64,000 bases of DNA, taken from a virus. Both the position numbers and the translations under genes were made by a program. A model generated the notes under the pieces. That model did no database searches, was not told the DNA's origin, and saw only the letters and a list, made by a program, of their open reading frames with translations. Positions 52,454-61,820 of the stretch are shown here, piece after piece; position 1 is the first letter of the stretch; every line of letters begins with the position of its first letter. The DNA is taken from the IMG/VR virus record IMGVR_UViG_3300045988_103986, positions 56,029 to 120,028 of that record; one strand, given 5' to 3'.

Positions 52454-52761
52454 TCTGCCGTCTTTGCAATGACCGCTTCGCGGACTTTCGTGCTCTTTGC
52501 CATCTTTCCCGCAAGGATTTCCGCTGCTTGGTTGATAATCGCGTCTCGGTTTTCTGCGAGCGTGTCCGCTACGAGATTCTGCGCCCATGTAGATAACGGA
52601 TCACTGGCAGGGTTCGCATTTCCGTATCGGTATGCTGTGAAAACTTTATTGATGATTGCCTGTTTGATCTGTGCTTCGATAGTCTTAACGCCGCTTTCCA
52701 TTACGGTACGCTTGATTGACTCGTCATCGATGTTGATGCCAAACTGTATAATATGCTCCAT
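52450..52761 (-). CDS. Hypothetical protein (about 103 aa)
   Basis: RBS GGAGGA 6 nt before the ATG at 52761. Confidence 0.4.
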   Translation of the reverse strand: MEHIIQFGINIDDESIKRTVMESGVKTIEAQIKQAIINKVFTAYRYGNANPASDPLSTWAQNLVADTLAENRDAIINQAAEILAGKMAKSTKVREAVIAKTAE

Positions 52762-53081
52762 TAACATTCCTCCACATGATAGATATTTGCTCCATCGATC
52801 AAAATTCTCGTTGTTCGCCCGCATTTTTCACACATGACCGTTATATCCGCGTTGTTGGCAGAAAACGTGACGACTCTCCCTTTCCGCGAAACGGTCAGCA
52901 GATATCCCTCGTACCCGGCGATGATGTTTCCACATCTACACCGGATAAGCGTCTTGCAAGGCATATCTTCTGGGCTGCGGCGAAAATCCGCATATTGCTT
53001 AGCGCAGGCAGTGATTTGGCACTGCCCAAGGTCCGCCGCGTACACGCACGGCATGTTTTTATTGCTGCAAAAACCGCTCAT
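52761..53081 (-). CDS. Cys-rich hypothetical protein (106 aa)
   Basis: ATG at 53081 overlaps the upstream stop. Multiple CxxC-like pairs. Confidence 0.4.
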   Translation of the reverse strand: MSGFCSNKNMPCVYAADLGQCQITACAKQYADFRRSPEDMPCKTLIRCRCGNIIAGYEGYLLTVSRKGRVVTFSANNADITVMCEKCGRTTRILIDGANIYHVEEC

Positions 53082-53644
53082 TCCAATTCCTCCACAAAGA
53101 ACCATGACTGCGGCGGCTTCTGCACAAAGCATCCAGAGTCCGTGCATTTCTCGCAGTCCGGGATGGCAAACCCGAGATCTGAATACGCGCACTCCCGAAA
53201 CCACTTTTTGAAGGTGTTGAGCGGCAGCGGCTTATCGTAGAGTTTGAAGTCCGAAATATGCCAGCCGTAGCCGGTTCCCTTTAGGTAGTTCACAATTTCT
53301 TCCCGTGTCAGGCAGGCTTGCTTTTCTACGTCATCCGGCACATGGTTGAGGGGCGCAAGCTCATAAATCCGGTCGCAGGTGAACTCACCAATGACCTTGC
53401 CATTTCCCGGATATAGCCCGCACGCACCCTTCGCGGTAAAAACGGCTGTTGGTTTTTCAGGAAACAGTTTTCTGTCTTCTGGATGCAATATCCAAAGCAT
53501 GTCAGGTCCATGTGTGCAGTAGATGTACACCTTAAATGGCACATCCAACTGGGGCTGTCTTTTACGAACCTCGATAGTCTTTTTGTCGTTGGCAATTTTC
53601 GAGCACCACTTTGGTCTGATGCTGATGAGCACCGCTTGGCTCAT
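53078..53644 (-). CDS. ASCH (PUA-like) domain protein
   Basis: 'AVLISIRPKWCSKIANDKKTIEVRK' is a typical ASCH N-terminus. ATG at 53644 overlaps the upstream stop. Confidence 0.6.
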   Translation of the reverse strand: MSQAVLISIRPKWCSKIANDKKTIEVRKRQPQLDVPFKVYIYCTHGPDMLWILHPEDRKLFPEKPTAVFTAKGACGLYPGNGKVIGEFTCDRIYELAPLNHVPDDVEKQACLTREEIVNYLKGTGYGWHISDFKLYDKPLPLNTFKKWFRECAYSDLGFAIPDCEKCTDSGCFVQKPPQSWFFVEELE

Positions 53645-53988
53645 TTCTTCACCTCCACGCATTCGTTCCACCGAATGTTTACCCTGTACCCGTTGGCAGT
53701 GATGACGTATCCGGGGTGCTTTCCATCGTATTTTTCCGCTGCATACGGCGCGCCGATTTTCGGCCGCATCTGTTGAAAAATCGGGATATCCTTCGTAATT
53801 TTTATCGTGACCTTCTCATGTGCCAAGTCGCCCGGCAAACTGGTTTCTTTCCGCTGGCCCCACATTCCGTTGCGCCGCGCGAAATTGAAGCACGTTTGAC
53901 TGCAGAAATAGCTCTTTTGGCCGGGTTCCCTGATTCGCGTCACACGCTTCCCGCACACCGGGCAGACAAACTGCACATTTACCGACAT
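53641..53988 (-). CDS. Zn-ribbon protein (115 aa)
   Basis: CPVCG..C..TC motif. Confidence 0.4.
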   Translation of the reverse strand: MSVNVQFVCPVCGKRVTRIREPGQKSYFCSQTCFNFARRNGMWGQRKETSLPGDLAHEKVTIKITKDIPIFQQMRPKIGAPYAAEKYDGKHPGYVITANGYRVNIRWNECVEVKK

Positions 53989-54164
53989 TGGTCTTTCTCT
54001 TCAGCGGGTTCCTCAAACGACCTGTACTCAACCTTCTCGGGCTTCCCTTCCCAGCTCCATCCGCAGTTGAAACACTTCTTCTGCGGAATCGGCGGGAACG
54101 TAGCGATCACGATATTCTGCAGTTCTGCACCGCATTTCGGGCAAGTTTCAATGAGAATGCTCAT
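53979..54164 (-). CDS. Zn-ribbon protein (61 aa)
   Basis: CPKCG...CFNCG motif. Confidence 0.4.
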   Translation of the reverse strand: MSILIETCPKCGAELQNIVIATFPPIPQKKCFNCGWSWEGKPEKVEYRSFEEPAEEKDQCR

Positions 54165-54775
54165 TCTGCCTTCCTCCGTTCATAGAAGAATTTATTATAG
54201 GCATCGTAGCGGTCTTTGATATTCGTCGAAGCTACCGCACCGTCTGTTTTCTCCATCAGCACATCGAAGTAACATTTCTCGCCTCCGCACGGTGTCATTT
54301 CACTGCAACCGCAACGGTAGATGCAGTTACACACCAGAACGTCCGAGATTTCCGGTTCGATCTCATGGAGCGCTGCCTTGAAGTCCTCTGCATACTGTCG
54401 CGTCTCTGTTGAGGACTGGCGGCACAAACGTTTCCGCATGGTATCGATTAGTGCCTGAACGTTTGCGTCACCTGTAAAGTCAACAGGCGCGTCCTGCGGC
54501 AGTTTATCGCGCGGGATGCCGGTTCTGTCTGAGCGCTGAGACTTGATGTACTTCTCGAACTTGTGTCTGCTCCAGTGGGTAGCGACCCAGCTTTTGATTC
54601 CGTGCCACGTCCACTTCACGGAAATGTCCCGAATCGGGCTGTGCTCTGCAATGAGGATCTTCCGTTTGAATTCCGCACTCGGCTCATGGTCGAGCGGCGG
54701 CTTGCCGACCGTTGACCGGCAATCGGAAGCGACCTCTATCCAGTCACCCTTGATTTTCGTGATTTCAGTTTTCAT
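54161..54775 (-). CDS. ThyX-like (flavin-dependent thymidylate synthase-like) protein
   Basis: 'AEHSPIRDISVKWTWHGIKSWVATHWSRHKFEKYIKSQRSDR' resembles the ThyX RHR-(X7)-S motif region. Recognised by eye only. Confidence 0.45.
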   Translation of the reverse strand: MKTEITKIKGDWIEVASDCRSTVGKPPLDHEPSAEFKRKILIAEHSPIRDISVKWTWHGIKSWVATHWSRHKFEKYIKSQRSDRTGIPRDKLPQDAPVDFTGDANVQALIDTMRKRLCRQSSTETRQYAEDFKAALHEIEPEISDVLVCNCIYRCGCSEMTPCGGEKCYFDVLMEKTDGAVASTNIKDRYDAYNKFFYERRKAE

Positions 54776-55032
54776 CTATACTCCAGCTGCCTCCTCATTC
54801 TGATTGCTTCTTCGCTCTGCATGATATCATCTTCGGCCTTTTCGTATCCGACGATTGAGCGGTCCCATGCGACCGGCTGAATATCGCCGAGGTCAATGCG
54901 CAGGCCATCCGGGTATCCGTAGTAGAAACCTTTGACCCGAAGCTTTTTGATACACAGCCCCGCATCATACAGACAATAGTCTCCGATTTCACACGGGGTT
55001 GTGAGTTTCTTCCCACCATTCAGCGTCTTCAT
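54772..55032 (-). CDS. Hypothetical protein (86 aa)
   Basis: ATG at 55032 is adjacent to the upstream stop. Confidence 0.4.
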   Translation of the reverse strand: MKTLNGGKKLTTPCEIGDYCLYDAGLCIKKLRVKGFYYGYPDGLRIDLGDIQPVAWDRSIVGYEKAEDDIMQSEEAIRMRRQLEYR

Positions 55033-55331
55033 TTGGTCTCCTTGTCGCATGGGCTTCGCAGCCACTCGACGTATTTGTCTCGGATGTCTGGGCATTCCCA
55101 ATCGGTTATTCCGAGGCGGCAAAACATCTCTGCTACTATCCCAGAAACAGATTGGTACAGAATGTCCGCAAGCTGAATGTCATCTGCTTGCCTGATGTAT
55201 TCGCCATTGGTTAGCGGGTCGGTATCGATTCCTACCTTTGCTCGGTTCGCGGCGCATTCGCTGCCACGATACGCCGCAGTACAGTTCTTGACTGGGCAGT
55301 TATAGCAGCCAGATTCCATCATGGGCAGCAT
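55029..55331 (-). CDS. Hypothetical Cys-containing protein (about 100 aa)
   Basis: Internal start MLPMMESGCYNCPVKNC... The exact start is uncertain. Confidence 0.35.
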   Translation of the reverse strand: MLPMMESGCYNCPVKNCTAAYRGSECAANRAKVGIDTDPLTNGEYIRQADDIQLADILYQSVSGIVAEMFCRLGITDWECPDIRDKYVEWLRSPCDKETK

Positions 55332-55660
55332 GGCCGTCCCTCCTTCTGTTTCTCCAGATACTCTTTCAGCAACTGGCATTCTTCCATACAACTCTTTGAC
55401 TCCACTTTCCCGTTTTTGTATCCTACGATTGACCCCCATCCATGGTCACATCCATCGCACGGGTTTTTGCCTATTGGCTGTACAAGAGATTCCAATCGTT
55501 TTACTTCTGATGCAAGTAACTCAAGTCGTTCTGCGGCAGCTTCATGCAGTTTGATTCTGCACCCTTCCACATTCACGAACGGACACATCGATTCGCAATC
55601 AAGTTCCCCGGTCGTGTCATAGCAGCAACGTAGTCCACGGATAATATCGTCCGTTTTCAT
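55319..55660 (-). CDS. Cys-rich hypothetical protein (113 aa)
   Basis: ORF with 12 Cys residues and a central coiled coil. Confidence 0.4.
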   Translation of the reverse strand: MKTDDIIRGLRCCYDTTGELDCESMCPFVNVEGCRIKLHEAAAERLELLASEVKRLESLVQPIGKNPCDGCDHGWGSIVGYKNGKVESKSCMEECQLLKEYLEKQKEGRPCCP

Positions 55661-55914
55661 GCTTTCACCTCATAGCAATCTTTTAAGCCTGGATTCCGTC
55701 TGCAGCACGAACATTTCTGGTGACGGCCGTTCCACCTGCACCCGTCGCATTCCCCAAGCGTAATGCAGCCGAAATATTCCGGATGTTCGTTGATGATCCG
55801 ATGCAGTTTCAGCAGCGCATATCCGGTTGTCGGTGAAGATTTGTTTTCAATCAATTTCATGTCCAAATAGGCGGTAATATTGCCTGCATGGATGTATTTT
55901 GTCAGCATTGCCAT
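55657..55914 (-). CDS. Cys-rich hypothetical protein (85 aa)
   Basis: 'ECDGCRWNGRHQKCSCCRRN'. Confidence 0.4.
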   Translation of the reverse strand: MAMLTKYIHAGNITAYLDMKLIENKSSPTTGYALLKLHRIINEHPEYFGCITLGECDGCRWNGRHQKCSCCRRNPGLKDCYEVKA

Positions 55915-55944
55915 GAATCACCTCAACCGTCATATTGCAGGAGT

Positions 55945-56274
55945 TTAACCTACCCCAAGCTTCTTTTTCTTCCGATAGAGTGTCTCTTCCCGGATTCCGA
56001 ATTCTTCACAGATCTCGGCAGTCGGGACTTTCAGCCGAAGCAGCTCTTTCAATCGCTCTACGTCAATTTTCTCTCTTGCCCCTTTTCTGGCCTTCTCGGG
56101 CTTACCGCCGGACAGACAATCGCAGCACTCTGTATTCGCATATGGACAATGATGGAGGCAGAAGTCGATTTCATCCTGCGTCTCCTGTGAAACCCGCACC
56201 GGCTGGTCATCTCTGTAGATGCTATTCCATGGTGCGACGGCCAATCTCAGCACGTCTTCTCGCAAAAATTCCAT
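55945..56274 (-). CDS. Small DNA-binding protein with C-terminal HTH
   Basis: The C-terminus 'VPTAEICEEFGIREETLYRKKKKLG' is resolvase-HTH-like. Start at 56274 by RBS GGAGG. Confidence 0.45.
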   Translation of the reverse strand: MEFLREDVLRLAVAPWNSIYRDDQPVRVSQETQDEIDFCLHHCPYANTECCDCLSGGKPEKARKGAREKIDVERLKELLRLKVPTAEICEEFGIREETLYRKKKKLGVG

Positions 56275-56291
56275 CGGTTTCTGCCTCCAAT

Positions 56292-56834
56292 TCAAACTTC
56301 AACAATTCTAATTCCATGTATCCAGAGCATCAGTTTCCGTTTCAACACGAACTTTGCATAAGGTGCCGAAGATGGATTCCTGTAGCCCTTCGAGTCTTCC
56401 ACGACTGTCTCTCCATCCTTTTCGTAAACGAAATCGGCAACATATGTCACCTGCCGTTCGAGAAGAATGCGCTTGTCTTTGATTCTCGTTCCGCGTTTCC
56501 CGTACTGCTCGACGGTTTTGTACTGTGCCGGAATCAGGAGGTATTCTTTCTGCCATTCCAGATTTTGAATAATTCCCTGCTTTTCCAGAAGCACAAGCTC
56601 GTCGTAACGGTCCGCCTCCCGCTTGCTGTCAAAGGTCTTGCCTCCGCGAGTGACCTTCTGGTTTCGCAGTTTTGGCGGTTTGACGGGCTTTTCCTTTTTT
56701 CGAGGATTTTTCGGGTTTGCAGTTTCAGTTTTCGGTTTCAAAGCTGCCCGTCGCTGCATTTCCTGTATGAGCTTTTGTTCCGCCTGACGTCTGTAGGGTT
56801 CTGGCAGATCAGATAGACTGATTCCTTTTCCCAT
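56292..56834 (-). CDS. DUF1064-family protein (putative Holliday-junction resolvase-like nuclease)
   Basis: 'FDSKREADRYDELVLLEKQGIIQNLEWQKEY' is the characteristic DUF1064 core. Confidence 0.55.
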   Translation of the reverse strand: MGKGISLSDLPEPYRRQAEQKLIQEMQRRAALKPKTETANPKNPRKKEKPVKPPKLRNQKVTRGGKTFDSKREADRYDELVLLEKQGIIQNLEWQKEYLLIPAQYKTVEQYGKRGTRIKDKRILLERQVTYVADFVYEKDGETVVEDSKGYRNPSSAPYAKFVLKRKLMLWIHGIRIVEV

Positions 56835-56844
56835 AAAACAGCCC

Positions 56845-57417
56845 TCAGATCGTCAGCTCGTAGTCATCACCGCCGGCAAATTCTTCGCCTTCTGCTTCCT
56901 GCGGTTCTTCACCCTGCATAGCCTGACAGAGTTCCCAGAATGAATCTACAAATGCCGTATTGAACGCCTTTGTAAATTCCCCTCTAGTGTGAAGGTAGCC
57001 CTTGCTCATCGCAGTCGTGAGCGCAGTCCAAAGCCGGTCCGTCATCTCCAACTGATATCCATCACTCTGGATGGCGATCTGCTCAATTCTCAGCTCTGCC
57101 CACGTCTTGTCTTCGCCGTCTTTTGTTTTGTACTGTTTGTTTGACCATCTGCCGGCGATTAAGACGTGATCGCCCTTTCGAACACGCTGCGCGATACTGG
57201 TTTGCGGGCAGTCCCCTATGGCGAGGACGTTCATGAACTTCTTGTCCTCGTAGGCAATGCCGAACGTGACTTTTGGCATGGGAGGCTTGCTGTCTGACCC
57301 CTTTGTGGACTCGATCTTTGCGTCCCGCGTGACCTTGCCCCAGATGAGCATGGTTTCGCAGCACTGCCGTTTTGGATCTTTGGGGTCCTGGATAATCGCA
57401 CTGCTGATTGGTCTCAT
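56845..57417 (-). CDS. OB-fold single-stranded DNA-binding-like protein
   Basis: Adjacent to recT. Has an acidic C-terminal tail (EEFAGGDDYELTI). Sequence only loosely resembles an SSB. Confidence 0.4.
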   Translation of the reverse strand: MRPISSAIIQDPKDPKRQCCETMLIWGKVTRDAKIESTKGSDSKPPMPKVTFGIAYEDKKFMNVLAIGDCPQTSIAQRVRKGDHVLIAGRWSNKQYKTKDGEDKTWAELRIEQIAIQSDGYQLEMTDRLWTALTTAMSKGYLHTRGEFTKAFNTAFVDSFWELCQAMQGEEPQEAEGEEFAGGDDYELTI

Positions 57418-57425
57418 CGTTCACC

Positions 57426-58454
57426 TCATCCGAAAAAGCCATCGTCCGTGTAGGACGTATCGACTGCCTCTGGCTTACTTTCGGTTGCCGCCTTCCGGCG
57501 TTTGGCTGGTTCTGCAGGATGTGCCGTTTCCTGCTTTGTCTCGTTGCGGCGGTTCAATTCCTCGCTCACATCATCTGCGTCGAAGAAATCGTCATCCGAA
57601 GCCGCGCCGATAGCAGGAGCTGCCGTAGCCGTTCCGACTACCTCGCCGGTGGTCTTGTCCACGTTGATGATTGGCATGTCAGGAATCGCGCCATATTCGG
57701 AGTCGTTGTCCATCACATAGCGAACCTCATTGGACAGCGGCGCATAGCCGGAGTTCAGGAGGCTACGGAGAACGGTTTTCTTGCACATTCTGTCCTGACC
57801 GTATCCGACGTCATACCATGGCGAGGATTTCCGAATCTTGGCCTCTTCTTCCGCCGTCATTTCACCAGCAACGAATCTCTCGTACTTTTCACGGTCGAAT
57901 GCCTGCGAGTATTTTTCGGCATGGAAGATCAGTTTGTTCATCGACCAGAACTCAGATCGGAACATTCCATTCTTCAGCTTGAAATATGCGTAGTATCCGA
58001 TGATCTGCGCTTTCTCTCGTTCTTCGTCGGTTCCATAGACATCGAAGTCGAATGTAGGCTTTCCTGTCCTGTGATCTCTGCCGGTGTATTCGCCTTCTCT
58101 AATGTCCATGCAATCGATATCTTCGTACTGACCAGTTTCCAACGCCAGAGCGATCAAGCCCTTATAGCCGATTACGAATGTGCAGGTCTGCCCATATGGC
58201 ACAAGATAATAGCCAATGTTGAGAATCAGGCCCATTCCTTCGCCGCGAAGCGCCGCCGCAACGATAGTGCCAGGGTCACATGCTTTTAGCTGCTCTGACG
58301 AATTAACGGCAGAAATCAGCGTGGACGTGAATCTCGCCACGACTTTTGCGTCTTTCAATGATTTCTGAATGAGCCCCTGCATCGCATTGGATGTAATCGC
58401 ATTTGAGAACGTCTGCTTCTGTGCAGGCGGAGTAAGTCTAGTTGTTGCGTTCAT
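57426..58454 (-). CDS. recT: RecT-family single-strand annealing recombinase
   Basis: 'CDPGTIVAAALRGEGMGLILNIGYYLVPYG..FVIGYKGLIALA' is the RecT core. Confidence 0.8.
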   Translation of the reverse strand: MNATTRLTPPAQKQTFSNAITSNAMQGLIQKSLKDAKVVARFTSTLISAVNSSEQLKACDPGTIVAAALRGEGMGLILNIGYYLVPYGQTCTFVIGYKGLIALALETGQYEDIDCMDIREGEYTGRDHRTGKPTFDFDVYGTDEEREKAQIIGYYAYFKLKNGMFRSEFWSMNKLIFHAEKYSQAFDREKYERFVAGEMTAEEEAKIRKSSPWYDVGYGQDRMCKKTVLRSLLNSGYAPLSNEVRYVMDNDSEYGAIPDMPIINVDKTTGEVVGTATAAPAIGAASDDDFFDADDVSEELNRRNETKQETAHPAEPAKRRKAATESKPEAVDTSYTDDGFFG

Positions 58455-58467
58455 ATTTCATCCTTTC

Positions 58468-59418
58468 TCAGTCTCCAAACTTCGGTACGCGGCAGAATCG
58501 AATGCCGTTGGCATTCAGCCAATCCCGAAGCTTGAGTTTCTGTTCATTTGTGACGTACACTCTGAAATCGAGCACTTGAAGCTGCTCTTCCTTTTCATGT
58601 TTCTCAGAAACATCGGGAAGCTTTTCCGCATTCAGAAGCGCTTCGGCGCGTTTTGCCGCATCTTCTTCCTGCTTCATCTGCGCATATCGTTCAGCCTGTT
58701 CTCGCTGTGCCTGGGCTACAGCAGCCTCATGAGCCTCTTGCGCTTCACGTCTCGCACGTTCAGCTGCTTCTTCTGCCGCCTTGCGAGCCTCACGTTCTTT
58801 CTTAATGCGATTCAGTTCATTGCCACGCCGCATTGCTGTTCCAAGGTCGAGCGTTTTCTGGTATTCAAGCATGACTTCGCTCTCAAACTCGCCACCTGCT
58901 TCCGTAATGGTGGCAACATTATCAGCAACAGCGTTCACAGCCGTCTGGATGTCCGTCTTAGCTGTTTCGATTGCATAGGTAACATTCGTCCAGCGCGGGT
59001 TTTCAATCCGTTCAAAGGCGAGCCACGGCTGTGTGTTCACAGAGTTGAAATAGGCTTTCAGCCACTCGCGTTTCTCAGCTTTCCGTTTTTCCTCAAACGC
59101 TTTGACCTGGACGTCGATGTTTTTTGCGGCCTCATCGCACATGCCGGAAAGTTCTTTCATCTTCGCCTCAAAGTCGTTGTACGGTTCCAGGTAACGCTTT
59201 TTGACCGCAATGCGCTGTTCTGAAATCGCCTTGCTGATTTTGGAAATCTTGGCTTTGTCGGCCTTTGATGCGCCGATGGCATCTTCCGTGACGACCATCG
59301 TCTTGTACGCTGCGAGGTTTTCAGACAGCCAGGCTTTCACTTCCTCAAAGTTGAAATCGAGGCTCTGAGGGACAGCCTTATCGAGGTCGGTTAGCATCCG
59401 GATCTCGGTTGTCTCCAT
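58468..59418 (-). CDS. DUF1351-family protein (companion of RecT in Firmicutes phages)
   Basis: N-terminal 'LDFNFEEVKAWLSENLAAYKTMVVTEDAI..AKADKAKI' plus a Lys/Glu/Ala-rich coiled coil. Confidence 0.55.
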   Translation of the reverse strand: METTEIRMLTDLDKAVPQSLDFNFEEVKAWLSENLAAYKTMVVTEDAIGASKADKAKISKISKAISEQRIAVKKRYLEPYNDFEAKMKELSGMCDEAAKNIDVQVKAFEEKRKAEKREWLKAYFNSVNTQPWLAFERIENPRWTNVTYAIETAKTDIQTAVNAVADNVATITEAGGEFESEVMLEYQKTLDLGTAMRRGNELNRIKKEREARKAAEEAAERARREAQEAHEAAVAQAQREQAERYAQMKQEEDAAKRAEALLNAEKLPDVSEKHEKEEQLQVLDFRVYVTNEQKLKLRDWLNANGIRFCRVPKFGD

Positions 59419-59651
59419 TAAACAGTCACCTCCGGCGTGTCGTATTCTGCGATTTGCTTCAGCGGGAAATAGTCAGGGTTGATGTTCTCGTCCGGCACGT
59501 CGACTGCCGTAACGATTGCCCGGTTCTTCCCGCCTGCGGCCGGGACAATCACGCGGTCTCCGACTTTCAGCGGCATCTCCGTGTCGTAGCTGTATCCACG
59601 GCCGACGTAAGCCTGGGATTTCTCCCGGTAAAACTTTACCTCCACAATCAT
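59418..59651 (-). CDS. Hypothetical protein (77 aa)
   Basis: ORF whose stop codon overlaps the start of the downstream gene. Confidence 0.45.
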   Translation of the reverse strand: MIVEVKFYREKSQAYVGRGYSYDTEMPLKVGDRVIVPAAGGKNRAIVTAVDVPDENINPDYFPLKQIAEYDTPEVTV

Positions 59652-59667
59652 TTCGTTCCCTCCATTT

Positions 59668-60315
59668 TTAAATATTCAAGGTCATTGGCGGCATCTGTCG
59701 CTTTTGGATGTACCCCCAGAACGTGTCCGCTTTACCAAGCAGCCACGTAAGATCTTCTTCGTAGTCCGCACGCTCGATTCGGCGTGTTCGTATCGACCAG
59801 TCCCCACGGATATCCTGCAGCGCTGCAAAGACATCTACGAAATCCCACCCGGTCGCCAGTAGCTGCCAGTTAGTTTGCGCAAGGTAGTAAATCGGCACGT
59901 TTCCATCGGCCCACTTCTCATAGTCAGCTTTTTTCATGAGCTGTCCGGTCTTGATTTCCAAGATACCTCGGCGTCCGTTTTCGTCCGTCAGGTCTCCGTC
60001 AAGGGTCGCCGTCAGCCAGGGCCGCTCACTCTGAGCCAGAATGTCGTATGGGAAGTGCTCGACCTGCATTTGCGGATTCATGGCTGCATACAGGTTTCGA
60101 AGCGCAGGCTCCATTCGTACTCCGCGTTCTACAACTGCACTGCTGGATATGTCCTTCTGCTTCTTCTGGCCGGTCTTGACCCGCCAGAGTTCCACTGGCG
60201 ACATCCAAGGAGATAGCCCGCATACTGCCGCAGCATCCGAGCCGCCGATTCCAAGTTCCTGCCGACCTTCTAGCCAGCTCTCACGGTCCTCAAAGTGTTG
60301 GCGGATTAGGCTCAT
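59668..60315 (-). CDS. YqaJ-type (lambda Exo-like) recombination exonuclease
   Basis: 'GIGGSDAAAVCGLSPWMSPVELW' is the YqaJ signature. ATG at 60315 forms an ATGA overlap. Confidence 0.8.
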   Translation of the reverse strand: MSLIRQHFEDRESWLEGRQELGIGGSDAAAVCGLSPWMSPVELWRVKTGQKKQKDISSSAVVERGVRMEPALRNLYAAMNPQMQVEHFPYDILAQSERPWLTATLDGDLTDENGRRGILEIKTGQLMKKADYEKWADGNVPIYYLAQTNWQLLATGWDFVDVFAALQDIRGDWSIRTRRIERADYEEDLTWLLGKADTFWGYIQKRQMPPMTLNI

Positions 60316-60533
60316 ACCTGCACCGCCTCTCGCATGTCCTCCCACGGGATATGCGCTTGCCTGCAGATCATGTTGAGCTCACCGAGTGTGAATGTTTCAG
60401 GGTCGTTCAACCGTCTACGAGCGGTATTCGCGGAGCAATTCAGCATCTTCGCCACTTGTGGAGCCGATGCATATCCTTTGATGACACGAGCGACTTTGAT
60501 AAAGTCAGGCTCTTTCTTCTTTAATCGCGGCAT
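60312..60533 (-). CDS. Small HTH DNA-binding protein (73 aa)
   Basis: 'SAPQVAKMLNCSANTARRRLN' is HTH-like. Second gene of the early operon. Confidence 0.5.
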   Translation of the reverse strand: MPRLKKKEPDFIKVARVIKGYASAPQVAKMLNCSANTARRRLNDPETFTLGELNMICRQAHIPWEDMREAVQV

Positions 60534-60535
60534 CT

Positions 60536-60757
60536 TTACCCTCCAGTAACAGCCCGATCTTTAGCGCTTTTTTCTTTAAGCGCTATGGCTGAACATCCAA
60601 AATATGCTGCGATCTTATCCAGCATGAATGGATGTGGGCTACTTCCATTCAGCCAATTTGCCACGGACGATTGGCTGACGCCGAGATCTTTTGCTAACCT
60701 GTACTTAGTCACACCCTTCGTTTCCATCATTTTTTGTAATGTTTCAGGAAAGTTCAC
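60536..60757 (-). CDS. Cro-like XRE-family HTH regulator (GTG start)
   Basis: GTG at 60757 with RBS TTGGAGGTG. 'VTKYRLAKDLGVSQSSVANWLNG'. Faces the repressor gene. Confidence 0.7.
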   Translation of the reverse strand: MNFPETLQKMMETKGVTKYRLAKDLGVSQSSVANWLNGSSPHPFMLDKIAAYFGCSAIALKEKSAKDRAVTGG

Positions 60758-60777
60758 AGTTTCACCTCCAAATTGGC

Positions 60778-60806
60778 TTGACAAGCGCAAGTTGGAGCAG
60801 TAAAAT
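60778..60806 (+). promoter_or_regulatory. Candidate rightward promoter (for the repressor transcript)
   Basis: TTGACA (60778-60783), 17-nt spacer, TAAAAT (60801-60806). Confidence 0.45.
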
Positions 60807-60892
60807 CTGAACGTCCAATACAGATCTGCTCCATTTTCATTCCAAAGCATTTTACGATGTTTTGGTGTTTCTGCGTTTGCTCTGTACTCCAA

Positions 60893-60921
60893 AGTTTACA
60901 CCATTATTGTCGTGAATGCAA
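60893..60921 (-). promoter_or_regulatory. Candidate leftward early promoter (for the cro-like operon)
   Basis: Minus strand has TTGCAT (60921-60916), a 17-nt spacer ending TG, then TAAACT (60898-60893). Confidence 0.4.
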
Positions 60922-60966
60922 CCTTTTTGGAGCAATATTTATAGCCAAACTTGGAGGTGCGTTTTT

Positions 60967-61314
60967 ATGAATTTTCCACAAAACCTAAAGAAACTGATGA
61001 CTGATCGCAAATTATCAGCCTATAAAATGGCAAATGACTTGCACTGCTCGCAAACCACGATCAGAAATTGGGTCGACGGAAAAACGACTCCGCAGCCACG
61101 CACAATTATTCAGCTTTGCGAGTATTTCGATGTTTCCGAAGAAAAACTGCTTGGAAGTTTTCCAGAACAAAAAAATAGCCCCGACATCAAAAACGATGCC
61201 GAGACCGAGGAGCTCTACGCTTTATTCAACCAGATGTCTGAATCCAGTCGGACCAAATATATTGAACTTGCTCGCATCTTTGTAGACGCGGAGCGCAAAA
61301 ACGAAGAAATCTGA
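60967..61314 (+). CDS. CI-like XRE-family repressor
   Basis: ATG at 60967 with RBS TTGGAGGTG. 'LSAYKMANDLHCSQTTIRNWVDG'. 115 aa. Same orientation as the integrase gene. Confidence 0.7.
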   Translation: MNFPQNLKKLMTDRKLSAYKMANDLHCSQTTIRNWVDGKTTPQPRTIIQLCEYFDVSEEKLLGSFPEQKNSPDIKNDAETEELYALFNQMSESSRTKYIELARIFVDAERKNEEI

Positions 61315-61820
61315 GGAACCGTCTTTTATCTTTCACTTCTTTCAACAGCTCTTTGAATCTTTCATCCAGTTCGTCCAGTTCAATTTCATTCTGCATCTTA
61401 TCCGATTCCGCCACTTATTCCACGTTCCTTTCCAATTCTTACGTTTGTTTCGTGTGTCCTATTTTAAAACGAATGTTCGTAAAAAGCAACTGCTCATATT
61501 GCACAAACATTTCGTTTATTTTTCTACTATTTGGATTCCACAATTTATTTGACGGAAAGTTATTTCGTCAGCCCCACCGCCTGTGCCAGAGGCGGCAGGG
61601 CATTGCAGCAGACCATATTGCTTTGCCCACTGGATCGCTACGCCTACAGCGTAGCAGACAGGCAGAATTTTGAAAAGATGGAGTTCTGCGGTTTTTACAC
61701 GAAATTTGCGATTTCAGCATTTCAGTTTTGAAATTTTATTGAAAATCATGCGAATTACCATAGTGTGGCGTAAATCCCCCGGCTTTATCCGTTGGAAATG
61801 TCAAGATGGAGGTTATATCT

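Noticed and set aside
61226-61414. A minus-strand 62-aa acidic coiled-coil ORF convergent with, and overlapping, the repressor 3' end.
   Set aside because: About 90 nt overlap the well-supported repressor gene, and only a weak RBS is present. It could be a real small antisense-encoded protein, but the support is insufficient.
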